In this document: in pieces, positions 1 to 9,858 of the stretch
Layout of the letters: the number at the start of each line of letters is the position of its first letter
Position numbering within the stretch: position 1 is the stretch's first letter
Virus record (IMG/VR): IMGVR_UViG_3300006871_000008
Coordinates: 26,845-90,844 of that record
Length of the DNA stretch: 64,000 nt
Direction: 5' to 3' (one strand)
Origin: a virus
Notes under the pieces: model-generated
The model's database searches: none
Told to the model about the DNA's origin: nothing
What the model saw: only the letters and a program-made list of their open reading frames with translations
Made by a program: the position numbers and the translations under genes

Positions 1-1
1 G

Positions 2-1006
2 GCCACAATAGGTGAACGTGATTTGTTGTCCTAGTTTGAAATGCTTGCCAAGGAAATCGGCAGGCATGTCAACCCCAGGATGCTCAGAGGCGAACGCCGT
101 CATTGCGGGCGTGGCAAACTCTCGTTCGGCATCGTTCAGGCCGGAAAGTTCCAGCCGCTTCCCGCCGTAGTCTAGGATGAGCGCACCGATCTTGCCCAGG
201 TGCTTCGACCCCTTACCCGTCTTGCGGCCCGACGTGAAGCCGACCAGTACGCCTTCGGCGTCGTCGAGTGGCTTGTACTTTAGGACGTTGCGGCTCCGCT
301 TCGGCTCGTAGCAAGTGTGCGGGTGACGAACAACCAGCCCCTCGCCGCCAGCCGACGTGACTTTGCGGAACAGCCCATCGAGTTGCTTGCGTGCCCGTTC
401 TTCGTCAAGGTCCAGCTTCGTCTGATGGTGCAAATAGATGCGCCCCTCGGATTCAAGATTCTCGTTGAGAAACACCAGCGTTTCCTCGAACGTCGCTTCG
501 GGCGGCGTCGATACATACTCGGCCAGGATGGAGTCGTCAATCGAATTCTTCATCCAAGCCTCAATATCCGAGAAGCTGATATTCTTCTGGAAGTTGGGGT
601 CGTTGATTCGGCGTGTCTTGAACACCGAAGGCAACGGTGGCGAATCAAAGACGGCATAGCTTACCGCCTTCCACGCTTCCGGGTCAGCTTCGTGTTCGCC
701 GAGTACCGACCGGCCTTCCTCAAGAGAGTTGGCGTATAGTTCGCCGTCGAGAGGAAAGCAAGGAAGCTGGTTCAAGAACCAGTCCGGTGCTGCAATCACG
801 TTGCCGTAGCGGGACCACAGACCCGTCGCCACCGGCTTATATGACTTGTCAAGATTGGCCCACGGCACAGCGGGAGTCGCCCGGTCGCGGGTCAGTCCGC
901 CGTCCCAAAAGCAGCGTGTGCCATCCAGCTTCTCGCTGGCGTACCACCCCGCCACTTCGTATCGGTCGGCTTCGTATTTGTGTGCTAGTTGAAGGAACGC
1001 TGACAT
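2..1006 (-). CDS. ATP-dependent DNA ligase (3' end runs off the window; missing from the ORF track)
   Basis: Manual translation from ATG at 1006: MSAFLQLAHKY...WYASEKLDGTRCFWDG (motif I KxDG)...PLDGELY...KYKPLDDAEG...ITFTYCG (OB fold). Confidence 0.9.
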   Translation of the reverse strand, partial: MSAFLQLAHKYEADRYEVAGWYASEKLDGTRCFWDGGLTRDRATPAVPWANLDKSYKPVATGLWSRYGNVIAAPDWFLNQLPCFPLDGELYANSLEEGRSVLGEHEADPEAWKAVSYAVFDSPPLPSVFKTRRINDPNFQKNISFSDIEAWMKNSIDDSILAEYVSTPPEATFEETLVFLNENLESEGRIYLHHQTKLDLDEERARKQLDGLFRKVTSAGGEGLVVRHPHTCYEPKRSRNVLKYKPLDDAEGVLVGFTSGRKTGKGSKHLGKIGALILDYGGKRLELSGLNDAEREFATPAMTAFASEHPGVDMPADFLGKHFKLGQQITFTYCG

Positions 1007-1009
1007 TGA

Positions 1010-1978
1010 TTAGAACCTTGTGCTTTCTTCGTCGATGAAGGTCATTGCCACGTCACCACCACGGACTTGCAGGCGCTCGGACGGGACCACACCGCCCACC
1101 CTCAAACGGGCGGTACGATCTTCGGCTTGCCGTCGAGGGCCAGGAAATTCCGGGCGGCTGCGTCGTGGGCGGCGCTGCACGGCATTAGCCGCACGCTGTC
1201 CACGGTCGCTATCGGGTGCTGATGTTCCGCACTGAGGCACGGTGCGTCGGCGGGCATCACGCACGCCATCCATTCGAGCCGAAGCGGCTCTGGCTCGCAT
1301 TTCCGGCGTAGCCATTGCCCGCCTGAATTCCTTGCTGGTCATAGCCTGTCGCAACGTGTCATCGTCCGCGATAGCGAGCAGCAATTGGTATTGCTCCGCA
1401 CCGCCAGACAGCAACTTCGCCGACAGACGACGACGCCCATCAACTTGTGCAGCGTAAAAGTGTTCCGTGCTGCCTCTATGCCGCCGCAATTCGTGAGTGT
1501 ACTCTGCTTCGGTCAGCATCCGGTGAACCATCAACTCGCCCGACCGAACCCTAAACGTGAAAATTCTCCGCTGCCCATCTTGCACGCCATCCTCAAGGAA
1601 TACTTCAACCGCCCCGACAGTTGCGGCATCCGTGTACGGGCCAGGAATCTCGTAGAGAATCTGGCATTGGGTGTAGCCCTGATTATACAGCGCTTGTTCA
1701 GCTTTCTCAATAGAGAAGGTTCGCAGAACCGCCGCCGCCTGTTGCGTGCCGCGAACAGATCGGGCCGACGTAAAGGTAATTGTGTGAGCATTGGCTACCG
1801 GCTGTGGCATTTGTTCCTCGCGGTCTAAATCTGACCAATTGCCCCACGAATTCGAGAAGCCGCGATATGCGCGTGCTGCTTCGGCGAGGGTTTGGGCTTG
1901 AGCCTGAAACGCATTTCTGGCTTCCTCCCAAGCAGGGTTATGTTGGATTGTAAATTCGAGTGTTTGTTCGCTTGGCAT
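1010..1978 (-). CDS. Hypothetical protein
   Basis: Long ORF; start reassigned to the ATG at 1978, 6 nt after a TATAAT box. Confidence 0.6.
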   Translation of the reverse strand: MPSEQTLEFTIQHNPAWEEARNAFQAQAQTLAEAARAYRGFSNSWGNWSDLDREEQMPQPVANAHTITFTSARSVRGTQQAAAVLRTFSIEKAEQALYNQGYTQCQILYEIPGPYTDAATVGAVEVFLEDGVQDGQRRIFTFRVRSGELMVHRMLTEAEYTHELRRHRGSTEHFYAAQVDGRRRLSAKLLSGGAEQYQLLLAIADDDTLRQAMTSKEFRRAMATPEMRARAASARMDGVRDARRRTVPQCGTSAPDSDRGQRAANAVQRRPRRSRPEFPGPRRQAEDRTARLRVGGVVPSERLQVRGGDVAMTFIDEESTRF

Positions 1979-1984
1979 ATCTGA

Positions 1985-2012
1985 ATTATACACCATTACC
2001 CGCCGCTGTCAA
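1985..2012 (-). promoter_or_regulatory. Sigma70-type promoter, leaderless configuration
   Basis: TTGACA-16-TATAAT-6 nt-ATG. Confidence 0.85.
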
Positions 2013-2016
2013 GAGA

Positions 2017-2157
2017 TTATTTTCTCTTGACAACGGGGCGAAGCTGCTCGGCTTTGCGTCGAATTGGGTCAGACTTGGGGCGTTGGATTGGCACTAAGCC
2101 AAGCATAACGCTCACTCGCTGCGCCCGTTTGGACGGCCTGCGTCGTTTCGGTTTCAT
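2017..2157 (-). CDS. Small basic hypothetical protein (46 aa)
   Basis: MKPKRRRPSKRAQ...; ATGA overlap with the sigma gene stop. Confidence 0.5.
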   Translation of the reverse strand: MKPKRRRPSKRAQRVSVMLGLVPIQRPKSDPIRRKAEQLRPVVKRK

Positions 2158-2813
2158 TGTGGCTTCCTTTCCGGCAGAAGGACTTTCAGGCGTTCATGCA
2201 AATCCTGCCGTATCACTTGCACCGTCTGTCGGCTATAACCTAACTCCGCTCCAATCTCGTCGTCGGTATAGCCTTCGACTCGAAGCCTAACAATGTTAGC
2301 TTCAAGTTCTGATTGTACTACGCTGTCGATCATTTCTTCGACAGGGCTAATTTCTTCCAGCACGCCGGAGTCAATCAGCCTTTCGTTTTCGGCATCGTCA
2401 TACACGCGAGTTGGTATTGCCTTGCCTCGCCGTTCTGAGCGGCTTGGGACTTTAACAGTCGGCAATGACTCGATGTAATCCGTAATAGCCCGGTGTATGA
2501 AGGCTGCGATAATGGCCTGCGGATTGTCGTTTCCGTCTGGCGGTTCGCGTAGCTTCTCCACCCCATCGGCCAGCCCGACCATAGCGGCGCTCACAAAGTC
2601 GTCAACAAATCGCCGGCTCTTGAATAGCGCGACGTATTGCCCGACAATCGTGAGGGCGAGGGCCAAGTGGCCTTTCACTAATTGCTGTCCCGCCAACTTC
2701 CGGCCCTTACGATGCCGCTCGATTAACTCAACGGTATCTTCCTCGCTGAGTGAAATCGTCTCAGCCCACAAAGGGTGCTGGAAGGACACGGCTTGTATCT
2801 TAGTGAAACCCAT
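2154..2813 (-). CDS. Phage RNA polymerase sigma factor (sigma70/ECF-like)
   Basis: Region 2-like LVKGHLALALTIVGQY..DDFVSAAMVGL; region 4 HTH EGYTDDEIGAELGYSRQTV. Confidence 0.8.
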   Translation of the reverse strand: MGFTKIQAVSFQHPLWAETISLSEEDTVELIERHRKGRKLAGQQLVKGHLALALTIVGQYVALFKSRRFVDDFVSAAMVGLADGVEKLREPPDGNDNPQAIIAAFIHRAITDYIESLPTVKVPSRSERRGKAIPTRVYDDAENERLIDSGVLEEISPVEEMIDSVVQSELEANIVRLRVEGYTDDEIGAELGYSRQTVQVIRQDLHERLKVLLPERKPQ

Positions 2814-2819
2814 TGCTCA

Positions 2820-2847
2820 ATTATACCACCTTCTCGGAATCTGTCAA
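2820..2847 (-). promoter_or_regulatory. Sigma70-type promoter, leaderless, extended -10
   Basis: TTGACA-16-(TGg)TATAAT-6 nt-ATG(2813). Confidence 0.85.
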
Positions 2848-3342
2848 ATGGTGTAGAAGATATGCGTAGGAAGGTGTAAACGTACCATCCCAAAGTGGTA
2901 CAGGCTCGTTACAGGCGGAATCGAAGCGCAGCCATAGGTCGCCATCGAACGCGCAGGCATGACCAATTCCTACATTCGTTATACCCGCTATAACCGCTCG
3001 CTGGCCCCTCAGCATGTCCATAAACGCTGCCACGTTCCCGTCCTTGTAGATTATGGGGAACATATTGCGTCCATCCGTGGTCGTGATGGGGTTGATTTGC
3101 AATTCCGTGACCGAGATACCAAAGCCAAGCGCGGCCCGAATCAACTCTTGCGGGTGGAAGCCACGCCGACGTGTCGGGTCGGGCAGGTACTCGAATATGA
3201 TTTGGCTGCCATCGTGTCCAATGGCGGCAACCCATTCTTCATACGGGATGCCGGTCGCCATTGAGAACGAAGTCGGCAGGCAGCCCCAAGCTACCGGGGA
3301 CTTCCTAAGCGCGATATGGGGCCAGGGTTTAATCGTCGGCAC
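2821..3342 (-). CDS. C39-like cysteine peptidase-fold protein
   Basis: WGCLPTSFSM (Cys) and GHACAFDG (His/Asp) spacing. Confidence 0.55.
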   Translation of the reverse strand: MPTIKPWPHIALRKSPVAWGCLPTSFSMATGIPYEEWVAAIGHDGSQIIFEYLPDPTRRRGFHPQELIRAALGFGISVTELQINPITTTDGRNMFPIIYKDGNVAAFMDMLRGQRAVIAGITNVGIGHACAFDGDLWLRFDSACNEPVPLWDGTFTPSYAYLLHHLTDSEKVV

Positions 3343-3730
3343 TATTCAAATCCTCCACAAGATTCTTGGCCCGCTTAGCATCCTCGGTCCACTTGTCTTT
3401 CCAGTACGACTTCCAATTGGGCGGGCCGAATAGCTTGTCGTACTCGTCCTTGTTCGCGGCGGTCAAAATCCAAATCCCTACACCGAAGCTGTCCCACAGC
3501 GGCCACTTGATTCGTTGTGCGGGAGTGAACGTGTACCGCTCCGGGTTCTTAACGTCAACCCATCGAGTCCCATACTTGGCGTGCGCAAGATACAGGTCGG
3601 GGAACCCGACCTGATAGATATTACCGTTGGTGACTTCAACGCACCACTCCCGCACAGACAAATACTCAATGAGCATTTGCTGAATATGCCACTCTGGTCC
3701 GTGGCGATTACGGAAGCGAAATGGGTTCAT
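3329..3730 (-). CDS. VRR-NUC / PD-(D/E)xK nuclease (resolvase-like)
   Basis: E..GFPDL..WVDVK..TPAQ motif. Confidence 0.8.
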   Translation of the reverse strand: MNPFRFRNRHGPEWHIQQMLIEYLSVREWCVEVTNGNIYQVGFPDLYLAHAKYGTRWVDVKNPERYTFTPAQRIKWPLWDSFGVGIWILTAANKDEYDKLFGPPNWKSYWKDKWTEDAKRAKNLVEDLNSADD

Positions 3731-4132
3731 GCCCGCACTGGCTCCATGATGTTCTCGATTGTGAGCAGCCTACCCACAAGGGACACCACCGGGGCTGTCG
3801 CCCAATCCGTCATCTTCCTCTGGCTTGCGAGCGCTCGGATTTGCTTGTCCGTCAGAGCGCTCAGCCACTCTCCGCGAAGGCTGGTCGTCGCGGCGTTCGA
3901 GCGGGGGTTGTTCGCCATAAAGTTCCCTTTCAAGTCTGTTGATGGCAATGAGTGTATGCAACTCCATCATTCGCGCGTGCGAACGCATGAAGTCACAAAT
4001 GGATTTGTACGCTAATGCTTCTGCCGGGGCCAGTGGAATATCCTGGCCGATGCGCGTGCAGTAATTATCCGCCAGCATTATGAAGCGGATAATTTTCATC
4101 TGCACGGCAGCTTGTTCGTCCATGTACATCAG
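3727..4132 (-). CDS. Two small overlapping hypothetical ORFs (3727-3948 and about 3770-4132)
   Basis: Fill the operon between PolA and VRR-NUC. Confidence 0.45.
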
Positions 4133-6522
4133 TGAGTATCCGCCCAGGATGAAAGGTTCTTGCCCCACGATATACCGATCAACGGAACCTTGGGGCGATA
4201 GGATTCGACGGTGGACTTAACGATGCTGTCCACTTCGTCTGCATATTCCGGCTTCGTCACCGACAGGATTTCGTCATGCACGTTAAGCGGTGCAACAATC
4301 CACTCGCCGATACCAACGGGCTGCAAATCCCAAACATTGCGCTCGACGTGCTTCGTAATCTCTGCTCCACCTGACTGAATGACATGGTTGGCTGCGGCCC
4401 GCATCGCGGCAGCCTGAATCTGGAACGCTGCTCCATAGATTGCAGACGCCGTAGCGCCACTAGCAGTTTGTACGCGGTCACGTCGCATCACCTTTAAGGT
4501 ACATTTTCGGAAAGACTCTGGCGGGTTCTGCGCCAACTGGAACAGCACCGCGCAGATTTTGTTTTCGAGCGTGAAATAGCGGCGGAAGCCAAGCAGAGAC
4601 TCGACGTAATCAGCCGGGTCTTGCCAAGTAATCTCCGTTCCGATGCCCCCGTCCTGCCGCATCGAGCAAAACATATCAAAGATTTTCTTGCGGGCGACAG
4701 CAATCATCGGGTAGCGGTTGAGGAACGCGATGTACGCCTTCTCTGCCGTCACCCCATCGACGCCTAGCTTTCGACTAATCGTGCCGTAGTCGCCGCCGTA
4801 AATCAAGGCGAACACCGCTTGCTTACCGTTCGAGTAGTACGTCGTGAATGTCGAGGGCGTGGGCCTCATGTCCCGCCCCTCGGCTTTGGCCGCAGCTTCC
4901 TCGGCTGCCGCAGCGGCGGCTTCGGCCTTAACGCCATTGACAATTTCTTCGTATGTATGCCCGTACAGGAACGCTGCCATTTCAGCGTGAATCTTCCGGC
5001 CCGTTTCCAAGTCCTTGCGGAGTTGCGGGTCGTTGTAGCAGGCGTCAGCCAGCGTAACCTCGAAGCTGCTAAAGTCACCGCCGCACAGAATGTACCCCTC
5101 GCCCGCGAGCGGGAAGCGACCACGCACCCATGCCTCGCGTTTGATGCCTTGCGGGTTCAATCCGTCAGCACCAGACATACGGGACGAGAGCGTACCAATG
5201 ACGTTGAGACTCGCATGGAAGCGGCCCGCCGTCAGCAGCTTGTCGTATAGCTCGACTTCCTTTACAGCCTTACGACCATCCAGCACTTCGCTGGCCCGCT
5301 CGGCTGCCTTGTGCTTGCCAGTGCCACCGCATAACTCGCAGTCGGCTTGGGGCGGGCAAGTCTTGCCGGTGTTATCGTAGCAGCAGTCGCACGGCCAGTG
5401 AGCAATCTTTTCCAGCATGACCTTGCCGGTCGTGTCTCGAATGGTCGTCGTAAACTCGGACTCGTCCATGACTTCCCGCAGGTAGGCCCGCGCATCACCG
5501 GGCGAGAGCGGCTTGCCCACAGTCCGGCGAGAAGCGGAAGTCCGCAATTCCTTCAAGCCTTCAATGTCGATATTGAAGCCACGCCAACGGACGGCGGCGA
5601 CCATGCAGGCTAACACGCTGTCGTCGTCGCCAAGTTCGGGCGAACCCCAATGCCGGTCCAGTCCCTCGGTGTACACAACGTCCTTACGGGCGTACTCGCG
5701 GGCCTTCTCATGCGTGGCCCAATGTTCGATATGATATTTGATCTTGCCGGGCCAAGTGCGGCCCTTAAACACGCCGTCGTTGTCATACACGTTCCATGTA
5801 TCCGACCGCTCGCTAATGGCGGTGCAGTACGGGGCGTAGCCTAACTCAATCGGCAAGTGCTTGCGGTCAACTTCGATTTCCGAGAAGTGCGTGGTGTCTT
5901 TAATGCCCAAAGCGTGTTCCGCCAGAAACTTCAAACCGCCTGCCGGATGAAACTTGAGAACAATATCCTTGAAGTCGGGATTGATGCCCGTCCGGTCGAT
6001 GTTCGGAATGTCGTACACGTTCCAGCGAGGGGCAGACTTGTCGTGTCGGCGAGCGAAGTAGATGCCGTCGATTTCGACACGCTGCTCAAGTTCCTCGGCG
6101 AGTTGGTACGCCAGTACGGTTGGCACACGCCGGATGCGAATATCCTCGCGTGCCATGAGGGATTGGTACGGGCCTTTGCGAGAGTAAAGCAAAAGGTCCA
6201 AGGCGGACGCAGGCTTCACGCACGGCCCATCGCGGCCCGTCGCCTCAGCTTCGCCAATATCGTTGATGATGTTCTCTGGAATCAGGTGGCGTGGGAATTG
6301 CCGCAAGATGGTGTAAGTCTTGCAGATATGGAACCAGTCAAACACCAGATTGAATCCAACGACACCATGCTCGCAAATCCACTCGATAAGGTCAAGGGTT
6401 TCACCAACGGTGTGCTTCCAGATTTCATACAGCACAATCTCGCCGCCTTCTACCTTGTACTGTAGAATCACAGGCAGGCCGTACAAGCCGCACGTTTCGG
6501 AATCAAGCCAGATTCGTTTCAT
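4129..6522 (-). CDS. polA: Family A DNA polymerase with N-terminal 3'-5' exonuclease
   Basis: ExoI DSET, ExoII FNLVFD, motif A DFSSFE, motif B KQAVFALIYG, motif C VHDEI. Confidence 0.93.
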   Translation of the reverse strand: MKRIWLDSETCGLYGLPVILQYKVEGGEIVLYEIWKHTVGETLDLIEWICEHGVVGFNLVFDWFHICKTYTILRQFPRHLIPENIINDIGEAEATGRDGPCVKPASALDLLLYSRKGPYQSLMAREDIRIRRVPTVLAYQLAEELEQRVEIDGIYFARRHDKSAPRWNVYDIPNIDRTGINPDFKDIVLKFHPAGGLKFLAEHALGIKDTTHFSEIEVDRKHLPIELGYAPYCTAISERSDTWNVYDNDGVFKGRTWPGKIKYHIEHWATHEKAREYARKDVVYTEGLDRHWGSPELGDDDSVLACMVAAVRWRGFNIDIEGLKELRTSASRRTVGKPLSPGDARAYLREVMDESEFTTTIRDTTGKVMLEKIAHWPCDCCYDNTGKTCPPQADCELCGGTGKHKAAERASEVLDGRKAVKEVELYDKLLTAGRFHASLNVIGTLSSRMSGADGLNPQGIKREAWVRGRFPLAGEGYILCGGDFSSFEVTLADACYNDPQLRKDLETGRKIHAEMAAFLYGHTYEEIVNGVKAEAAAAAAEEAAAKAEGRDMRPTPSTFTTYYSNGKQAVFALIYGGDYGTISRKLGVDGVTAEKAYIAFLNRYPMIAVARKKIFDMFCSMRQDGGIGTEITWQDPADYVESLLGFRRYFTLENKICAVLFQLAQNPPESFRKCTLKVMRRDRVQTASGATASAIYGAAFQIQAAAMRAAANHVIQSGGAEITKHVERNVWDLQPVGIGEWIVAPLNVHDEILSVTKPEYADEVDSIVKSTVESYRPKVPLIGISWGKNLSSWADTH

Positions 6523-6704
6523 CGTGCAAACTCTCCCAATTCCCGCAGCACGTCTTTGGCCCGTTGCAGCCGGTCAAGCAGCCTCTCGGTCGGTCTGCGA
6601 TTCAGTCGGTAGCACACAAGCAGGTTGCTTTGTGCGTCGGCCAACTCTTTCCAGGCGTCCAACTTTCGATTGTCGGCTGGTTCGTGTTCAGTCATTAGTC
6701 CCAT
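6519..6704 (-). CDS. Small hypothetical protein
   Basis: ATG 7 nt after a promoter -10; stop overlaps the polA start. Confidence 0.6.
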   Translation of the reverse strand: MGLMTEHEPADNRKLDAWKELADAQSNLLVCYRLNRRPTERLLDRLQRAKDVLRELGEFAR

Positions 6705-7536
6705 CAGTTTTATTATACCACAGGTCGGCACAATTGTCAATAGCGGAATCCAAGTCCTTTTCGGAAAGTTTGCCAGCGGCCCAGGCTAACGCCCAAGTCC
6801 AGGGGCCTTCTCCAATCTGGTCAGTTATCTCAACCATCTTAGCCAGCATTTCCGCCCGGCTCTTTCGGCCCTTCCCATCCATCATATCCATCCGTGGCCG
6901 CAATCGCCTGTGGTGTGTCTTTGGCGAGACGTAGTTCTTGGCAAACTCCCGAAACTCCCGCAGCTTGCGTAGTTGTTCTTCGGGCGGCAGACGTGACAGC
7001 CGCATAATATCGCCAGCTTCCAATTCGCGGGATATAGCAGCATCCTGAATTTCTTTGGGCATCTGCACCAGCGCTAGCCGCAAATGTACCCATCCCTTCG
7101 ATTTCTTTAGGCGGCGGCAAATTTCGCTGGCGGACGTACCTGCCGGGAACATTTTGGATATGGCGGTGGCTTGTTGCATCACCGTCAAGTCAACCCGCTC
7201 GATATTCTCGATTAGATTCCGTTCGCGGGCTTCCTGCTCGCTTAATCCGGTGACGAGAAAGGCAGGAACAACTTTCCACCCAAGTACGCGGGTGACAGCG
7301 GCGAACCGTCGAAAGCCGACAATGAGCCGGTACTGAAACGGGGCTGGTAAACCGGCCAGCACGTCGCTTGCCGGTTGTACTTGTGGCGGCGTTTGTAGCT
7401 CGTCCGCTTCGATTTCTTGAGCCAACTCAAGAATCGACTGCTCCGTGAAATCTCCACGGCTGTTCCAGTCGGAATCGACATACACAAGTTCCGCAGGAAC
7501 GTCGATGATTTTGTATTCATTGCTTAGCTTAGGCAT
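6688..7536 (-). CDS. ParB/Srx-family protein with HTH
   Basis: LIVGFRRFAA, NLIENIERVDL, SEICRRLKKSKGWV. Confidence 0.85.
   Translation of the reverse strand: MPKLSNEYKIIDVPAELVYVDSDWNSRGDFTEQSILELAQEIEADELQTPPQVQPASDVLAGLPAPFQYRLIVGFRRFAAVTRVLGWKVVPAFLVTGLSEQEARERNLIENIERVDLTVMQQATAISKMFPAGTSASEICRRLKKSKGWVHLRLALVQMPKEIQDAAISRELEAGDIMRLSRLPPEEQLRKLREFREFAKNYVSPKTHHRRLRPRMDMMDGKGRKSRAEMLAKMVEITDQIGEGPWTWALAWAAGKLSEKDLDSAIDNCADLWYNKTDGTND
6712..6740 (-). promoter_or_regulatory. Sigma70-type promoter, leaderless
   Basis: TTGACA-17-TATAAT-7 nt-ATG, embedded in the 3' end of the upstream ParB gene. Confidence 0.85.
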
Positions 7537-7709
7537 CCGTAGTACAGCCCGTAATAGAAGCCGAACCCAATAGCCCCGGCCACAGTAAGCAGGGCGCACG
7601 CCAACCGAACGAAAGCACACTTCGACTGGCCCAAATAGAACAAGGCTGCCACCCATATCAGGGATAGCAGCCCGCAGTTAAGCCATGTCGGGAAAAGTTC
7701 AAAGACCAT
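7524..7709 (-). CDS. Small two-TM membrane protein
   Basis: Two hydrophobic segments; overlaps both neighbours. Confidence 0.55.
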   Translation of the reverse strand: MVFELFPTWLNCGLLSLIWVAALFYLGQSKCAFVRLACALLTVAGAIGFGFYYGLYYGCLS

Positions 7710-8151
7710 AATCAGGATTGACGTAGAGTGTTACATGAGGAATCAGGGAGTCGCCCGCCATGACCGCGAGTGGGCTATCAAAGCGTGAACGTGTGATTTC
7801 AAGGTACTGGTCCAGCCGGGCCTGATATGTTCCCTCACCGTCCACCCTTGGCCGAGTTTCGTACTGCGGCGGCAAGTAATCGTAGGCGTCTCGAACCGCC
7901 GTGACTTGCCCAACTATTCGCAAGGCTCGCGTTGCTGGCGATTTCGTGTAGATGCACAGCTTCGCCGGTTGGCCGGGCGTTCGGTCAATAACGATCAGCG
8001 GGTTCTTCGTCTGGTAAAGATTGCCTTCCGTGTCGATCAGCAGCGGCACGATATTGTACAAGTTGAACGGGTCAGCAAACAGCTTACGAGAAAACACCTT
8101 CAAGTCCAACTCGGACGCGAATTGATGCAGCGGCTTGTTGAAGCGATACAC
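7699..8151 (-). CDS. Hypothetical protein
   Basis: Tightly packed in the operon. Confidence 0.6.
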   Translation of the reverse strand: MYRFNKPLHQFASELDLKVFSRKLFADPFNLYNIVPLLIDTEGNLYQTKNPLIVIDRTPGQPAKLCIYTKSPATRALRIVGQVTAVRDAYDYLPPQYETRPRVDGEGTYQARLDQYLEITRSRFDSPLAVMAGDSLIPHVTLYVNPDYGL

Positions 8152-8152
8152 G

Positions 8153-8344
8153 TTACTTACCCCGGTTCACGTAGGCGTCTCGTCGATACTCACCTTCCGA
8201 TACGAAAAGTTGCTCATGCACAGGAGCAGGGACGAAGGTTGGTTTCAGCACGTCGAAGTGCAACTCGTCCCAGGCGTCGAGGCGGTCTTTCGCATCCAAC
8301 TGAAACTGCCGCTGACGCCACTTCTCGTAATCCAAGGTACTCAT
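8153..8344 (-). CDS. Hypothetical protein
   Basis: ATGA overlap with the upstream gene. Confidence 0.55.
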   Translation of the reverse strand: MSTLDYEKWRQRQFQLDAKDRLDAWDELHFDVLKPTFVPAPVHEQLFVSEGEYRRDAYVNRGK

Positions 8345-9801
8345 TCTGCACCGCTCATTTCCTGAACCAATCCTTCCTCTGAGGAAAGGTCGATCTTGTA
8401 CCGCTTCGGCCCGGCCAATTCGTCAGCCGACCGCAGCTTCACCGGCAGTCGCCAAGTCACGCCGTACTTCTCGTTGACGCCGTGGATTAGTTGTTGAGGC
8501 TCGGTGAAGCCAGAGAAGCGATTGAAACAGTAAGCATCGGTGGCGGGCCAAGGTCCGTTAACAATCAACTCGCCGTCCATGTCACCGATGTTACCCGGCT
8601 TGTGGAAGTGGCCGCACACGAAGTATCGGACGCGAGCGGACTGGCTCGCGGTATAATTGAGAGCCATCAGTCGGCCAGCACGCCGCTGTAGGCCGTACCA
8701 CGGAATGCCCATCGACGAGTTAATGTCGTCGCCGTGGGCAATCTGGAAGCCGATGCCTTCAATGACCACGTTCGCAGCGAAGGCGTCGGGAATGTTGAAG
8801 GACACGTTCTCAAGATCACGGCAGTACATGCGGGCTGTCTCGGCAACGAGATAGTCCCAATTGTTCCATGCACCGTGATAGTCTTTCTTCTGCGACCGAC
8901 GACCGTGGTTGCCGGGGACGTACACAATGTCCACGACCGGGATGAAGGCTGCAATGTCCCGAATCATCAGGGCGTGCAGTTGGCCGATGGCAAGCGAGTT
9001 GCGGAATTGATTGCGGAAGGTGGACCGCTCGACCGCTCCATGAATCTCGCCGCTGGTATGGTCGCCGTAGGCCAGGATGGTTGCTCGATGAAAGCGGAAG
9101 TTGCTGAGGGTCGTCTGCGTCCACCTTAGAATTGAATCGACGTAGTTCTCGGCTCGACGGCATGACACCCAAAAGTTGTAATTCTCAAGACCACCGCATT
9201 CGTGCGGGTGTACTACTTGATCGTGATGCCCGTCAGAAAGGTGAATGACAAGATGCTCGTCAATCAGGTCGCGGGTCGGGAGGCCGACCGGGCGCTGTGG
9301 CGGCAGGCCATTCATCGCCACGATGCGTGGCTCCAACTCCGACACGATGGCTTTGAACAAGCCGTGTTCCCGGCTCGCAGCGGACAGTGCCGCCTTTGTC
9401 TGCCGCAACTCCGACTTGTAGTGAACAATGTCCGACTCCAACTCCACGACTCGCGTATCGGTCGGGTCGAAGCCCTCGCTGCTCCCCTTCACGGCGGCTG
9501 GCGTCGGCTGGTCGGAAGCGACCGCGAAATCAGGGGCCTTGCTGCGATAGCCCTTTGCCTTCTCGACTGTGATGTATTTATTGTTGCCCTTAGCGACAAA
9601 GGTGATAACCACCTTGAGATTCGCCAAGACTTCGGCGTTCGCCCGCACGCGAGCGGCAAACTGACCAGCGGACGTGGGCGACATTGTGCCGTACCCTAAC
9701 GCACTGGATAGTTCGGTGGTCGTGCCCTTAAAGCCGGTGGCTGCAAGAGCGTAAAGGTGAGCGGCTAATGCCGGGTCGGGTACTTGAACGGGTTTGGGCA
9801 T
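8341..9801 (-). CDS. Calcineurin-like metallophosphoesterase with N-terminal HTH-like and coiled-coil region
   Basis: SDGH, GDH, GNHG, HGD, GHFH motifs. Confidence 0.85.
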   Translation of the reverse strand: MPKPVQVPDPALAAHLYALAATGFKGTTTELSSALGYGTMSPTSAGQFAARVRANAEVLANLKVVITFVAKGNNKYITVEKAKGYRSKAPDFAVASDQPTPAAVKGSSEGFDPTDTRVVELESDIVHYKSELRQTKAALSAASREHGLFKAIVSELEPRIVAMNGLPPQRPVGLPTRDLIDEHLVIHLSDGHHDQVVHPHECGGLENYNFWVSCRRAENYVDSILRWTQTTLSNFRFHRATILAYGDHTSGEIHGAVERSTFRNQFRNSLAIGQLHALMIRDIAAFIPVVDIVYVPGNHGRRSQKKDYHGAWNNWDYLVAETARMYCRDLENVSFNIPDAFAANVVIEGIGFQIAHGDDINSSMGIPWYGLQRRAGRLMALNYTASQSARVRYFVCGHFHKPGNIGDMDGELIVNGPWPATDAYCFNRFSGFTEPQQLIHGVNEKYGVTWRLPVKLRSADELAGPKRYKIDLSSEEGLVQEMSGAE

Positions 9802-9829
9802 CGTGGGTTCCTTTTGGGCCTATACCATT

Positions 9830-9858
9830 ATTATAACCGATACGCTCGGTTTTGTCAA
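9830..9858 (-). promoter_or_regulatory. Sigma70-type promoter with leader and SD
   Basis: TTGACA-17-TATAAT; AGGAA upstream of ATG 9801. Confidence 0.8.

Noticed and set aside
1100-1340. Frameshifted alternative C-terminus for ORF 1010-1978
   Set aside because: The alternative frame is short, with no slippery site or recognisable motif
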